Assembly (NCBI GenBank): GCA_018673485.1
Contig: JABHCP010000011.1
Coordinates: forward strand, 5,417 to 69,416
Length of the DNA: 64,000 bases
From: Candidatus Uhrbacteria bacterium
GTDB lineage: Bacteria > Patescibacteriota > Patescibacteriia > UBA9934
Reading direction: 5' to 3'
Shown: positions 11,871-22,211 of the stretch, piece by piece
Layout: the number at the start of each line of letters is the position of its first letter
Position numbering within the stretch: position 1 is the first letter of the stretch
Made by a program: the position numbers and the translations under genes
Notes under the pieces: generated by a model
Databases searched by the model: none
Told to the model about the DNA's origin: nothing
Seen by the model: only the letters and a program-made list of their open reading frames with translations

Positions 11871-12510
11871 ACGACTTTGGGTGATAAAGATGTTCAACTT
11901 TTGATTTTTGGAACTTATCAACTTTTACTTGTTTGAAGTGGCTGTGAATTACATTGATGCATTGTTCGGCAACACCGGTAGGATTCATCTCTGCGTTTAT
12001 TACGTAGTCTGCATATTGTTTTGTGGGCGCAATGAACTCACGAGCGGCAGGAAGCATGATCGAGTGCAGATAATCATCCTGCACCCATGGCTGACGCATT
12101 TTCCGTCGCTTTACCTGACTGTCCTCAGATAGATCGAAATAAAGTTTTAGATCTATTAATTCGCGAAGTTCAGGGTTGACTAAGGTCATGAATCCATCAA
12201 ACAGCATGACATCGGCTGGAAACACACACTTCTCACCCACGCACCTATCTTCTTTACGTGAGTAGTGCGGAACCATTGCATGTTGACCAGATTTCAAATC
12301 CTGCGCCGCCTTAATCATTGGATCCCATTTCAAGCTATCCGGATGATCCCAGTTAACGCAACCATCAATCACTGGCACGTCTTGGATGTCTCTGAAGAAA
12401 TCATCAAGCTTAAGACGGGAAACATTTGAATACCTTGATTGCAATATACGACAAAACAACGACTTACCACCCCCCGACGGTCCCGCAACTGCAATAAAAT
12501 AAGGTTTCAT
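11836..12510 (-). CDS. udk: Uridine kinase family protein
   Basis: IAVAGPSGGGKS P-loop, LDDFF, NWDHP, FIAPTKQYAD. Confidence 0.85.
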   Translation of the reverse strand: MKPYFIAVAGPSGGGKSLFCRILQSRYSNVSRLKLDDFFRDIQDVPVIDGCVNWDHPDSLKWDPMIKAAQDLKSGQHAMVPHYSRKEDRCVGEKCVFPADVMLFDGFMTLVNPELRELIDLKLYFDLSEDSQVKRRKMRQPWVQDDYLHSIMLPAAREFIAPTKQYADYVINAEMNPTGVAEQCINVIHSHFKQVKVDKFQKSKVEHLYHPKSYESVIPNPARS

Positions 12511-12687
12511 AGCATAAACATTATATCATTAAATAAAGCATGTAAGCGACGATCGTCACTTATGTGCTTTATTGTGCCTAGTCCAATTGACGAGCGCGTG
12601 ACCCTGTTGTGTCTCAGCTCATTAGTTAGCTCAAATAATTACATTTTGATAGAATTCATGTATAAATTATTAGTAATAACTGCAACT

Positions 12688-13092
12688 ATGAAAAGTGCAA
12701 CTTCGTTTGCTATAAAGGCGAACATTGCGTCCTGGATTTTTTTCTTGCTAATTATGGTGGTGATAACATTTCTTCTTGGAGAAAACACCGTTGTGTTGAT
12801 GGCGAATAAATTATTCGCTGGTATTCTTAGCGTCGCTGCTATATTTGTTTCACTATATGTTGCCGCAAGGACGTTACTTAAGAATTCAAAGTTAACCGGT
12901 AAGAATAAAGCCGCTGCTTTGCAGAGCACGTGGTATACATTCATTATCATAACTTTAGTGTTTCTAGTGTTTGGATTTAAAGATACAGTCACACAATTCG
13001 GGTTCCTATATCAGTTGATCGCACTAGTTGCACAAATCGCCGCAGCCTACTTAGCAGTTTGGCTACTAATGGATAAGCCGTCAGCAAAATAA
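12688..13092 (+). CDS. Membrane protein (about 4 TM)
   Basis: Hydrophobic segments; start uncertain (12658 or 12688). Confidence 0.6.
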   Translation: MKSATSFAIKANIASWIFFLLIMVVITFLLGENTVVLMANKLFAGILSVAAIFVSLYVAARTLLKNSKLTGKNKAAALQSTWYTFIIITLVFLVFGFKDTVTQFGFLYQLIALVAQIAAAYLAVWLLMDKPSAK

Positions 13093-13131
13093 AATCTCAA
13101 TTAGCCCAGTCTCACAACAGTAAGCTACTTT

Positions 13132-13313
13132 TGGGGTCAGGTCGTTAATTGTAGCGTTTACTACTTTTACAAGGAGTTATTCATTTTTTCGGTTTTATAA
13201 AAAAATTCAACAAAACGATGACGGTTTGTTTTCCCTTTAAAAACATCAAAACGCTACAATTAACGACCTGACCCCACGATGTACTACAATTAACGACCTG
13301 ACCCCACGATGTA
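13132..13313. repeat. REPIN/MITE-like element: ~28-bp inverted repeats plus a 30-bp tandem duplication
   Basis: TGGGGTCAGGTCGTTAATTGTAGCGTTT (13132-13159) inverted at 13249-13276; 13254-13283 repeated at 13284-13313. Confidence 0.8.
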
Positions 13314-13402
13314 AAATAAATGCTTCACATTCGACGCGATCGTGACACATTTGAAACATTATTCTTGATATTTTTTTGATAAATGCTATCATCGCGACAC
13401 AC

Positions 13403-13525
<123 letters not shown>

Positions 13526-14050
13526 TTATTTGATGAGATTTTTCGATTTTAGCTCATCTACTATTTGGCGGGTTATTCTTTGTTTGCCACGTTGGTAGAT
13601 TGAGTCTATTAGTTCTTGGGCTTCTTCGTAGTTTGTCCATTTGTGATGGTCAAATTCTGTTTTTTCTATGTCAAGCTCTGTGGTTGAGGATTCAGACGCC
13701 AGGACGAAGTAGACTTTGCCTTTCATGAAGATGTCTTGGCCATCATCGGTCTTGAGTGATCGTGATCCTTGTTTTGCTGGTGGGAAGGTGCTCTGATCTT
13801 CTAGGATGAAATTCAAGTTTCGATCAAACTTATCAACAAACTCATTACCGAGCTCTTCGCCCATTTCACGCCAAAAGGCCACCTCGAGGCTTTCCCCGTT
13901 GTCTATCCCACCCTGTGGAAACATCCAAAGGTCGTATTCTTTGTGGTATACAAAGAGAACCTTACTGTCATTGGTAGTAATACCAATGACTTGCGGTCTG
14001 TAGCCGCTTTTTCGAATATCGTTGATTTCACTTTGGGATAGGTCTAGCAT
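13526..14050 (-). CDS. NUDIX hydrolase
   Basis: PQGGIDNGES...REMGEELG Nudix box. Confidence 0.88.
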   Translation of the reverse strand: MLDLSQSEINDIRKSGYRPQVIGITTNDSKVLFVYHKEYDLWMFPQGGIDNGESLEVAFWREMGEELGNEFVDKFDRNLNFILEDQSTFPPAKQGSRSLKTDDGQDIFMKGKVYFVLASESSTTELDIEKTEFDHHKWTNYEEAQELIDSIYQRGKQRITRQIVDELKSKNLIK

Positions 14051-14090
14051 ATGTTTATATTTGTTATCAAATGATAAACTATATATGCAT

Positions 14091-14543
14091 ATGTTTGCAA
14101 ATCGAAGCTATAGAAAAAGTAATAGAACAAAGAAGGTTCATTTTAAGATATCTGAGCTTGCCTACGGCATTTCGGCAGAAATTCTACAAAGTTCCGAGGT
14201 TGATCACAGGCAAAGACTCAGCACTGAGCTTTTGGACGAATTGTGTGACTTAGCACGGATCGATATAGTGAATGTGGAAATCTCAAGCGCTAAACAGCAT
14301 CATAGAAGATCAAAGGGTAGGGTGTCGATGAGACAATACGGTTACTATAAGCCTGATGTTCGCTATATCTATATTACAAATCACACAGCAGTGCGTGGCC
14401 AGCCCTTGGCCGCAAAGACGTTTTTGAATACACTGTTGCATGAGTGGATGCATCACTACGATACTCACAAATTAAAAATTAACTCGATGCACACTAAAGG
14501 ATTTTATTTACGATTAGGACAACTCGAAAAGAACTTGAGATAA
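14091..14543 (+). CDS. SprT-like zinc metalloprotease domain protein
   Basis: TLLHEWMHH...HTKGF; start uncertain. Confidence 0.65.
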   Translation: MFANRSYRKSNRTKKVHFKISELAYGISAEILQSSEVDHRQRLSTELLDELCDLARIDIVNVEISSAKQHHRRSKGRVSMRQYGYYKPDVRYIYITNHTAVRGQPLAAKTFLNTLLHEWMHHYDTHKLKINSMHTKGFYLRLGQLEKNLR

Positions 14544-14546
14544 TTT

Positions 14547-15704
14547 ATGAAAGATAGCCTTCACAAAGAAATAATGGAAATGACCCAAGCCCTTGTTCGT
14601 ATACCTTCAAGAACAGAGAAGGAGTCTGAGCAAGTTATAGCTGGTTATGTAAAACGTAAACTTGAAGAGTTTGGATTTTCACCAGAATATATTGGACCCC
14701 AAACACAGCCTTCGGTTATGTGTTACATCGAGAAAGATCCAGAAGCTAAAACTATTTGGCTCGAAGCTCCATTGGACACCTCCAGATCATCTGACGCTGG
14801 TGCTTGGAAGTATCCGCCTTTTGAAGGGGTGGTCGATGGAGACAAAATGTACGGCTGCGGTGTAGCCAGTTGCAAAATTGCAATCGCGATGTATAGCTTG
14901 CTGGCGCGCGAGCTTGCCAACGATCCAGATTTTAAGGGAAACATATTTCTAGCGTTTAATGCCGATGAGCAGTGCGGTAGTTTAACGGGAGCTCGTGAAA
15001 TAATACATCGCGCACCTAAAGCTGATATTTGTTTACTTGGGTATCAGGGCAACAAAGAGATATCAATTGGTGCTCGTGGGTGGCTCCGAATGCATGTTCA
15101 GACTATGGGTAAATCGCATCACACCGGTGCACGCTCTGCTAAGGGAGTTAATGCCATTCATTCAATGTCACGGATTATCAACGCTATTAGCTCACTTAGC
15201 TTAAAGTTTAAAAAAGATACGTTCTTTTGGTTCGGTCCATCGATCCATGTAACCACCATTCGTGGGGGCGTTGCTATGAATATTGTTCCAGATTATTGCC
15301 GTGTTAATATCGACATTCGACTTGTGCCTGGCCAAGATGACAAGTCAGTGATCAAGCAGGTGGAGCGTGAGCTTGAGAAAATGAAAAAGAGAGATAAAAA
15401 CTTCGAATACCTACTAGATGTCTTCCAATATCAGAGCGCATATTTAACCGATCCAACACATCCGTTTATTAATATCCTGCAATCAAAAATAAAGGACTCC
15501 ACTGGGTCAAGAGTTCCGCTTGTTGCTAGTGGGCACGGGAGCGCTGGAAATTTGATTAGTGAGCTTGGAGTGCCGATCATTAACGCCTTCGGAGTTGAGG
15601 GTGGGGAAGAACATTCACCTGATGAATGGGTTAGTGTAAAGAGTATTGCACAAACTTTTGATATACTAAGTGCATCACTAAGTGAGTTTACAAAAGAAAA
15701 ATAA
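14547..15704 (+). CDS. M20/ArgE/DapE-family protein with degenerate metal site
   Basis: Fold motifs PF.G...GD.MYG.G, GKS.H...GVNAI, GG.AMNIVPD, HSPDE; metal ligands substituted. Confidence 0.8.
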   Translation: MKDSLHKEIMEMTQALVRIPSRTEKESEQVIAGYVKRKLEEFGFSPEYIGPQTQPSVMCYIEKDPEAKTIWLEAPLDTSRSSDAGAWKYPPFEGVVDGDKMYGCGVASCKIAIAMYSLLARELANDPDFKGNIFLAFNADEQCGSLTGAREIIHRAPKADICLLGYQGNKEISIGARGWLRMHVQTMGKSHHTGARSAKGVNAIHSMSRIINAISSLSLKFKKDTFFWFGPSIHVTTIRGGVAMNIVPDYCRVNIDIRLVPGQDDKSVIKQVERELEKMKKRDKNFEYLLDVFQYQSAYLTDPTHPFINILQSKIKDSTGSRVPLVASGHGSAGNLISELGVPIINAFGVEGGEEHSPDEWVSVKSIAQTFDILSASLSEFTKEK

Positions 15705-15707
15705 ACT

Positions 15708-16688
15708 ATGGAGGTTTTTACAAATATAATATTCCTGCTCGCCGGCTTTTTCATGCTCATTAAGGGAGCGGACTATCTGATCGACGGTGCTAGCTCGATA
15801 GCAAAGCGCTTCGGTATTCCGACATTGGTTATCGGGCTTACCGTTGTTGCCTTCGGTACCTCGGCTCCAGAGATTGTTGTTAACTTGGTGGCGGCCATAG
15901 GCGGTAATCCAGAAATAGCACTTGGAAACATTAACGGAACTGTAATTGCGAATACACTATTGATCCTTGGAATCGGGGCATTTATTTCAAAAATTCCAGT
16001 GAAAAGCAGAACTGTTGTAAAGGAGATTCCATTCATGATTCTGGCTGCTCTTGTGCTTTTGATTTTTACGCTCGATCAATTTATCAACGGAGATGCGCAA
16101 GCAGTATTATCAAGAATTGATGGAATCATCATGATATTGATCTTCGGTGTATTTTTGTACTATCTATTTCTTTCAGTTAAGGGCTCGCCATTTGCCAAAG
16201 AGAAAACTAAGATGCGCGTTCCAAAAGCAATCGGGCTTACACTTTTTGGATTGTTGGGCCTAATGCTCGGTGCACACCTAACTGTTGACGGAGCGTCGGG
16301 GCTCGCTATCGCTGCAGGAGTGTCAGAGTCTTTAGTTGCTCTAACAGTGGTGGCGCTCGGTACGTCACTACCAGAGCTCACGGCGGCAATCATGGCAGCG
16401 CGTAAGGGTGAGATGGATTTGGCAGTTGGTTCGGTTGTAGGATCTAACATCTTTGATATTTTGCTTGGGCTTGGGCTCTCAGCTGTAATTGCTCCAATGG
16501 TAATCTCGAACTCTACAATAATCGATGTCGCGATTGTTCTTGCCTCACTTACAATATTGCTGATTGCACTTTTCATAACGCGAAGAAATGCAGACGATGG
16601 TGAACATCGAGTGCTTGATAGACGTGAAGGTATTATCCTTTTAAGCCTGTACGTGCTCTATATTGTGTATGTTGTAATTAGAGGCTAG
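15708..16688 (+). CDS. Ca2+/Na+ antiporter (YrbG family)
   Basis: Two alpha repeats: GTSAPE and GTSLPE, GSNIFD. Confidence 0.92.
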   Translation: MEVFTNIIFLLAGFFMLIKGADYLIDGASSIAKRFGIPTLVIGLTVVAFGTSAPEIVVNLVAAIGGNPEIALGNINGTVIANTLLILGIGAFISKIPVKSRTVVKEIPFMILAALVLLIFTLDQFINGDAQAVLSRIDGIIMILIFGVFLYYLFLSVKGSPFAKEKTKMRVPKAIGLTLFGLLGLMLGAHLTVDGASGLAIAAGVSESLVALTVVALGTSLPELTAAIMAARKGEMDLAVGSVVGSNIFDILLGLGLSAVIAPMVISNSTIIDVAIVLASLTILLIALFITRRNADDGEHRVLDRREGIILLSLYVLYIVYVVIRG

Positions 16689-16706
16689 AGGCGGTAAAGT
16701 AGTAGC

Positions 16707-18524
16707 ATGCTAGACCCAAAAGATGAGATAAAACAAAGGCTCGATGTAGTTGAGATAATTTCGGAATATTTACCGCTCAAACCAGCTGGTTCGAGCGGCT
16801 TTAAAGCATGCTGTCCTTTTCATGGCGAAAAGACTCCATCTTTCCACGTATCTCGCGAAAAACAGATTTGGCATTGCTTTGGTTGCAATAAGGGCGGAGA
16901 TCTTTTTGCTTTTGTGATGGATCTTGAAGGTATGAATTTTCCTAGTGTACTCGAGCTAATGGCTGGAAAAGCTGGAGTCAAGTTACCAGAGCGTACGCAA
17001 AGTCAGGCGTCAAAAGAGTCCAAAAAAGAACGTGATGTACTGCTTGACCTGCACATAATTGCGCAAAAGTTTTACACAAAGATTTTGACAGAGCATGAGT
17101 ACGGCGCCGACGCTCGTAAGTACTTGAAAGATCGAGGCATTACAGATGACTTGATTGAGAAGTTTGGTTTGGGATTTGCATCAGATCAGTGGAGCATGAT
17201 GGCGAACTATCTTCAAAAAAGGGATTACGACGATGAGCTAATAATCAAGAGTGGTCTCGCGAAAAAGAAATTATCAGGTGACGGTATTATCGACAGGTTT
17301 AGAAATCGAATACTTGTTCCCCTTCATGACGCGCGTGGAAGGGTAATTGGATTTACCGGGCGGTCTCTTGTTGAGACTGATAAGAGTGGGCCAAAGTATT
17401 TAAACTCGCCTGAAACTGATATTTACAATAAGCGAGCGGTGCTTTATGGTTTGCATTTGGCGAAAACTGCAATAAGACAAAATAAGTCGGTAATTATCGT
17501 TGAAGGCAACTTGGACGTAATTGCGTCACACAAAGCAGGAGTTGAAAATATTGTGGCTAGTTCAGGAACAGCGCTTACTGACATTCAACTGCAAACTTTA
17601 AAAAAACTTACCAATCATTTAATCTTCTGTTTTGATTCTGACAATGCTGGCTTTGAAGCGGCGCGAAGAGGAATCCGCTTAGCTCAGCAAATGGACTTTG
17701 ATGTCCACGTTATTTTAATTCCGGATGAAATGGGCAAGGATCCAGATGATGTAGTACAAAACGATCCAGAAAAATGGGTGCAGATCGCAAGTAAGCCAAT
17801 TCATATAATCAAATATTATTTTAATCGGATTTTTGCAAAGAGCGACATATCAAATATCACACAGAAAAAAGAAGCCACGAAGTTCATGCTTTCAGAGATT
17901 GCTCAGTATACCGACGCGGTTGAACGTGAGCATTGGTTAATGCAACTCTCTGATAGGACAATGATTGGAATAGATGTACTGCGCAGTGAGATAAAAAAGC
18001 ATGCTCAGACTCAAAAAACACCAGAAGCTAAAGCTCCAATCAAGCCGTCTGAGCAAAAAAAGACAAGAAATGATTCAGTGGTGAGCTTTCTTTTAGGAGT
18101 CTTGCTTGTTCACCCGCAGTATTTTGATGATATTTCCAATAATCTTAGCCAAGAGACAATTAAAAGCGATCAGCTCAGAGTGGTTTACAAAGATATCAAG
18201 TCAGCGTATACTCAAGCCAATACGCCATCAACCACGCAAAAAACTACTTTCTCAATCCTCTCTGCGCTCTATAAGCAGGAACAAAGGACAGACGATGCGA
18301 ACTGCATTAATGCCTTAACCCTCAAAACTGAGCAAATATTAGATGGATTCCAAGAGAAACAGGTGCGTGAAGAAATTGATAGGCATTTAGAAATTTTAGT
18401 CCAAGCTCCGCGCAAGGCGCATCTTTTGGAGCTGGAGAGCAATATTCGCCAGGCAGAAATGGCTGGTGATAAACAGCGCGCTCGTCAACTTACTGATGAG
18501 TATTTAGAAGTACTCAAGTCATAA
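16707..18524 (+). CDS. dnaG: DNA primase
   Basis: CPFH.EKTPSF...CFGC Zn finger, FRNR, KYLNSPET, VEG.LD, FDSD.AG, KDPD. Confidence 0.97.
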   Translation: MLDPKDEIKQRLDVVEIISEYLPLKPAGSSGFKACCPFHGEKTPSFHVSREKQIWHCFGCNKGGDLFAFVMDLEGMNFPSVLELMAGKAGVKLPERTQSQASKESKKERDVLLDLHIIAQKFYTKILTEHEYGADARKYLKDRGITDDLIEKFGLGFASDQWSMMANYLQKRDYDDELIIKSGLAKKKLSGDGIIDRFRNRILVPLHDARGRVIGFTGRSLVETDKSGPKYLNSPETDIYNKRAVLYGLHLAKTAIRQNKSVIIVEGNLDVIASHKAGVENIVASSGTALTDIQLQTLKKLTNHLIFCFDSDNAGFEAARRGIRLAQQMDFDVHVILIPDEMGKDPDDVVQNDPEKWVQIASKPIHIIKYYFNRIFAKSDISNITQKKEATKFMLSEIAQYTDAVEREHWLMQLSDRTMIGIDVLRSEIKKHAQTQKTPEAKAPIKPSEQKKTRNDSVVSFLLGVLLVHPQYFDDISNNLSQETIKSDQLRVVYKDIKSAYTQANTPSTTQKTTFSILSALYKQEQRTDDANCINALTLKTEQILDGFQEKQVREEIDRHLEILVQAPRKAHLLELESNIRQAEMAGDKQRARQLTDEYLEVLKS

Positions 18525-18543
18525 AAAATGACCAAAAATTAGT

Positions 18544-19797
18544 ATGCCCGCAAAAAAGGCAAGCAAAAAAACAATCGTGAAGAAAAAGACAGCTAAAAAG
18601 GTAGTTAAAAAGGCAGAGAAAAAACCTGCTAAAAAGGCTACAAAGAAAATAGTGGCTAAAAAGCCAAGAGTAGTTCGAAAAAAGGTTCCAAAAGAAAGAT
18701 ATAAGAAATCAGCGCCACCGACTGAGGAAGTTTTAGATAGAATAATAGAGCGCGGATTTGCAAAAGGTTTCGTAACTGATACGGAGGTGGTATTTGCATT
18801 TGGGCAAATTGAAGATCATATTGATATCTTTGAGGAATTTTTGGATCAGCTCGAAATCGATGGTGTTCATTTTGTAGAGATGAAGGAAGGCTTTTTAGGA
18901 CACGAAAAATCAGCTGAGGAAATTTACGGAAAACTACGCGTTAAAAGTGAGCCAAGAGGAGACGTATCAGAAGCTACTCAAGATTCAATTCAAATGTACT
19001 TGCGTGAAATCGGAAAGATTCCATTACTTACCGCAGAGGAAGAAATCGCGCTAGCAAAACGAAAAGAGGTTAATGATAAAGAGGCTGAGCGACGACTCAT
19101 CGAGGCAAACCTTAGATTGGTTGTATCAATTGCTAAGAAATTCGTTGGAAAGCAACTTTCACTTCTTGATTTGATTCAGGAGGGAAATGTTGGACTTTTC
19201 AGAGCTGTTAAAAAATTCGAATACAGAAAAGGATATAAGTTCTCAACGTATGCCACTTGGGGGATTCGTCAGGCAATTACCCGTGCGCTTGCTGATCAGT
19301 CCAGAACCATTCGAATTCCTGTGCACATGGTCGAGACCATTAATAAGTTCAAACAAATTCAGCGTCGGTTGATTCAGGATCTTGGACGAGAGCCGCTTCC
19401 AGAGGAAATGTCCTCTGAGATGGACTTGCCAGTTGCGAAAGTTCGGCACATCAAAAAGATTTCACAAGAAACTGTATCGCTTGAAACTTCAGTTGGAGAC
19501 GATGACGAGGATTCAAAGCTTCAGGATTTCATTGAAGACACTAAGACCATCTCGCCTGACAAGGCCGCTGCTCGTGAGTTGCTAAGTGAGTACGTAAAGA
19601 TCGGAATGAGGGATCTGACTCCAAGAGAGCAAAAGATTCTAGAAATGAGATTTGGACTAACCGACGGTGTTAGTCATACGCTCGAAGAAGTTGGACGAGA
19701 GTTTGATGTTACACGTGAGCGTATTCGTCAGATTGAGGCGAAGGCTTTGGAGAAGATTCAACAAAAAGAAATCATTCACAAACTTAGAGATTACTAA
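18544..19797 (+). CDS. rpoD: Primary sigma factor with Lys-rich N-terminal extension
   Basis: [49 protein letters not shown]; follows dnaG. Confidence 0.96.
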   Translation: MPAKKASKKTIVKKKTAKKVVKKAEKKPAKKATKKIVAKKPRVVRKKVPKERYKKSAPPTEEVLDRIIERGFAKGFVTDTEVVFAFGQIEDHIDIFEEFLDQLEIDGVHFVEMKEGFLGHEKSAEEIYGKLRVKSEPRGDVSEATQDSIQMYLREIGKIPLLTAEEEIALAKRKEVNDKEAERRLIEANLRLVVSIAKKFVGKQLSLLDLIQEGNVGLFRAVKKFEYRKGYKFSTYATWGIRQAITRALADQSRTIRIPVHMVETINKFKQIQRRLIQDLGREPLPEEMSSEMDLPVAKVRHIKKISQETVSLETSVGDDDEDSKLQDFIEDTKTISPDKAAARELLSEYVKIGMRDLTPREQKILEMRFGLTDGVSHTLEEVGREFDVTRERIRQIEAKALEKIQQKEIIHKLRDY

Positions 19798-19798
19798 T

Positions 19799-20461
19799 AT
19801 GAAAAAACTAATTTTGGGATTAACGGCATTGACACTTGTTGTGTCAGGGTGCGGTCTAACAGACTCGGCTCCAGTATCTGATGAGGGTTATTGGAAAATT
19901 ACGTTTACAGCCGATGTTTCAGTTTACAATGATGGATCCATTCCAGAGACTACCGGTGGTGGGCCAGTTGCGTGTTTTGCCGATGGCTACATCGGGTCTG
20001 TGCTTTATTTTCCATTCGAAGGTGGGGAAGTCGTAGCGCAAGAATCATTTGTCACCATGAACAATGTTAATTGCATTGAATGCACCAGTGAAATCGCTTC
20101 AAACGCAGTCGAGATACCAATCACCCTAAGCTCAGTTCTTGATATCACAAGCGTGGACGTTCAGGAGGAAGGTAGCGAGATGGTATTTACATACGATGAC
20201 TTTAGAGTTTGGATGGAGAAACCATCGGTATATCCAGTTGATATTCTATACTCATGCCCTGGAGGAACGCCGGGAGTTGCGTCAGACTACGGTGGTTACA
20301 TTTCTCAAATTGTTTCACCACTGTTGACTCAGGTTTGGTCGTTCGCACCAACATACGGTGAGCTAAACACGTCGACATTCCAAGCATATGAGTTCCCGCC
20401 GACGTATATGGCCGATATAGAGTTCAACATCATTGAAGAATACGTTAAGACAATCGACTAA
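19799..20461 (+). CDS. Putative lipoprotein
   Basis: MKKLILGLTALTLVVSG-C lipobox. Confidence 0.7.
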   Translation: MKKLILGLTALTLVVSGCGLTDSAPVSDEGYWKITFTADVSVYNDGSIPETTGGGPVACFADGYIGSVLYFPFEGGEVVAQESFVTMNNVNCIECTSEIASNAVEIPITLSSVLDITSVDVQEEGSEMVFTYDDFRVWMEKPSVYPVDILYSCPGGTPGVASDYGGYISQIVSPLLTQVWSFAPTYGELNTSTFQAYEFPPTYMADIEFNIIEEYVKTID

Positions 20462-20463
20462 TT

Positions 20464-21714
20464 ATGATTAAGAAAATACTAATAGCCTTGGTTCTTTCGC
20501 TCGCAATAGTGTCACCAGTTGTGGCACAAGTAAATCCGATTGAAGAATCTGATCAATACGAGGCTCATCTTTATATTTTTCACAGCGAGTCATGTCCGCA
20601 TTGCGTCGCTGAGTTAGAGTTCTTGGTAGGGCTTGCAAAAGAAGAGGCGTATCAGAACGTTCAGTTCTTAGAGTTTGAGGTCACACAAAACGATGACAAC
20701 CTTCAGCTATTTAGGGAAGTAGGCGCAGCGCTGGACATAGATATTTCCGGCGTTCCGTTTACCATTGTTGGATCAGAGGCGATAGCCGGATATTCAACCG
20801 ACGAAACAACGGGGGCACAAATCAGAAATGCACTTGATTATGTGCTTGAAAACGGTGACCCAGATTTAGTGGGTGCGATAATTACAGGTGAAGGTATTGA
20901 TACGACCCCGATTCAAGACGATACCTCAAATGACGAGGTGGATCAAAACGCAAGTACATCCATTCCAGAATCTGTCAGCGTGCCTTTTTTTGGTGAAGTA
21001 AAAACTGCTAATCTTTCATTACCAGCTTTGTCGGTCCTATTAGGATTTATCGATGGCTTTAATCCATGCGCAATGTGGGTATTAGTTTTCCTCATCTCAT
21101 TGATGATTGGAATGAAGGACAGGAAGCGAATGTGGGTTCTTGGAACAACGTTCATCATCGCCTCAGGAGTTGTATATTACTTCTTCATGGCAGCATGGTT
21201 GAATATTTTGCTATTCATCGGATTCCTGTTTGCCGTGCGATTAGTTATTGGATTGGTTGCAATCGGTGGAGGTGCGTATAGCATTCATGATTACTACACA
21301 AACAAAGATGCGGAGTGTAAGGTGGGTGACTTGAGCGAGAAGAAGAAGACAATGGACAAGATGCGAGCTGTCATAAATAAGCCATCATTCATTGCAGCAT
21401 TCTTTGGAATCATTGCGCTCGCTGCCGCTGTTAACATGGTGGAGCTAGTTTGCTCAGCTGGAATCCCAGCAGTGTTCACGCAGATCCTGAACATGGCCGA
21501 CATATCAACTATCGGACGTTACGCGTACATGGCACTCTACATACTGCTCTACATGATCGATGACATCGTCGTGTTCGTAATAGCTATGCTAACACTTCAA
21601 ATTAGTGGAGTCACAGCAAAATACACTCGAGCAACACGATTAATAGGGGGTATCCTAATGGTACTAATTGGTGTACTAATGATCCTGAAGCCAGAGTGGT
21701 TAATGTTCGGATAA
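20464..21714 (+). CDS. Thioredoxin/glutaredoxin domain fused to a CcdA/DsbD-like membrane domain
   Basis: CPHC, GVP, DGFNPCAMWVL, ELVCSAG, multiple TM segments. Confidence 0.8.
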   Translation: MIKKILIALVLSLAIVSPVVAQVNPIEESDQYEAHLYIFHSESCPHCVAELEFLVGLAKEEAYQNVQFLEFEVTQNDDNLQLFREVGAALDIDISGVPFTIVGSEAIAGYSTDETTGAQIRNALDYVLENGDPDLVGAIITGEGIDTTPIQDDTSNDEVDQNASTSIPESVSVPFFGEVKTANLSLPALSVLLGFIDGFNPCAMWVLVFLISLMIGMKDRKRMWVLGTTFIIASGVVYYFFMAAWLNILLFIGFLFAVRLVIGLVAIGGGAYSIHDYYTNKDAECKVGDLSEKKKTMDKMRAVINKPSFIAAFFGIIALAAAVNMVELVCSAGIPAVFTQILNMADISTIGRYAYMALYILLYMIDDIVVFVIAMLTLQISGVTAKYTRATRLIGGILMVLIGVLMILKPEWLMFG

Positions 21715-21780
21715 AATAAAATAGAACCACATAGGTCCTACTTGTTAATTCAGGTGGGGCTTATTTGTTTAGTGTTCGCG

Positions 21781-21818
21781 TCCCCCTTCCCAAGGGGGAC
21801 AACAGGGGGTTGCCGTTA
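21781..21818 (+). repeat. DUF559-associated palindromic repeat, copy 1
   Basis: TCCCCCTTCCCAAGGGGGAC...GGGGGTTGCCGTTA. Confidence 0.8.
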
Positions 21819-22166
21819 CTCTAAATAACTTCTGATTTCACTTAACACATTCTCTAAATCGAAATAAATGTCCTGATTTGTGAATCGAATCACTTTAATT
21901 GAATTCTTATTAAAATATTGGGTTCTTATATCATCCAAGTTCTGTGCGCTTTGTTCAAAGTGTGAATCTCCATCGATCTCCACAATTAATTTCTTTGCAG
22001 GACAATAGAAGTCTACAATATATCGACCGATGCCATGCTGTCTGCGAAATCGATATCCGAGCTTAGATGACTTTAGGTGATTCCAGAGTTGGCGTTCTGC
22101 GATCGTTGAGTCTTGCCGGAGCTTTTTTCGAAGATCTTTCTGATCTCTTCTGTTAAAAACTTTCAT
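21816..22166 (-). CDS. DUF559 / Vsr-like endonuclease domain protein
   Basis: LR...T.AE..LW..L, FRRQH.IG.YIVDFYC, IVEIDG.SH, D..RT, VIRFTN. Confidence 0.92.
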   Translation of the reverse strand: MKVFNRRDQKDLRKKLRQDSTIAERQLWNHLKSSKLGYRFRRQHGIGRYIVDFYCPAKKLIVEIDGDSHFEQSAQNLDDIRTQYFNKNSIKVIRFTNQDIYFDLENVLSEIRSYLE

Positions 22167-22170
22167 AAAA

Positions 22171-22211
22171 TAACGGCAACCTCCCCTAGCCCCTCCTTGG
22201 GAAGGAGGGGG
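22171..22211 (-). repeat. DUF559-associated palindromic repeat, copy 2 (inverted; overlaps lgt 3' end)
   Basis: Reverse complement CCCCCTCCTTCCCAAGGAGGGGCTAGGGGAGGTTGCCGTTA. Confidence 0.8.

Noticed and set aside
13254-13313. 30-bp repeat as a mini-CRISPR
   Set aside because: Two directly abutting copies with no spacer; part of an inverted-repeat element.
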